Of a stretch of DNA of 20,000 bases, positions 19,845 through 20,000 are shown one piece after another. This DNA is from Chiloscyllium plagiosum. Its lineage: Eukaryota. The notes beneath the pieces were generated by a model. The model was given only the letters and a program-made list of their open reading frames with translations, was not told where the DNA came from and did not search any database. The DNA lies in assembly GCF_004010195.1 (NCBI RefSeq), contig NC_057753.1, forward strand, positions 12,068,852-12,088,851, in the 5' to 3' direction. The first letter of the stretch is position 1. Each line of letters begins with the position of its first letter. Made by a program: the position numbers and the translations under genes.

Positions 19845-20000
19845 TGCTGAAAATGTGTTGCTGGAAAAGCACAGCAGGTCAGGCAGCATCCAAGGAACAG
19901 GAGAATCGACGTTTCGGGCATGAGCCCTTCTTCAGGAATGAGGAGAGTGTGCCAAGCAGGCTAAGATAAAAGGTAGGGAGGAGGGACTTGGGGGAGGGGC
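19845..20000 (-). mobile_element. Penelope-like terminal repeat, runs off the window
   Basis: Near-identical to 5081-5222 and the reverse complement of 5947-6100. Confidence 0.8.
19908..19935 (-). ncRNA. Minimal hammerhead-ribozyme-like motif, best-preserved copy
   Basis: Minus strand CUGAAGA-A-GGGC-UCAU-GCCC-GAAAC-GUC. Confidence 0.65.

Overview
Eukaryotic, repeat-saturated vertebrate DNA with two assembly gaps (5223-5879, 10936-11203). The repeat repertoire (CR1/HER1-type LINEs, HE1-type SINEs, Penelope-like ends) points to a cartilaginous fish, probably a shark; this is an inference from recalled consensus sequences. Most of the window is fragmented, multiply nested CR1-clade LINEs on both strands, plus L2 remnants, tRNA-derived SINEs, two probable solo LTRs and four Penelope-like element (PLE) terminal-repeat pieces. 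No intact protein-coding gene is visible, and nearly all listed ORFs are broken CR1 ORF2 pieces or their antisense shadows. Three things are missed by the ORF track. (1) A degenerate minus-strand C2H2 zinc-finger exon (~4500-6361) is interrupted by a PLE insertion with inverted termini and a perfect 14-bp target-site duplication. (2) A compact CpG-island promoter (8281-8660) carries CRE, GC-box, NRF1, YY1 and X-box-like motifs. (3) Minimal hammerhead-ribozyme cores lie in the PLE repeats. I found no convincing wholly novel system; these three are the best leads.
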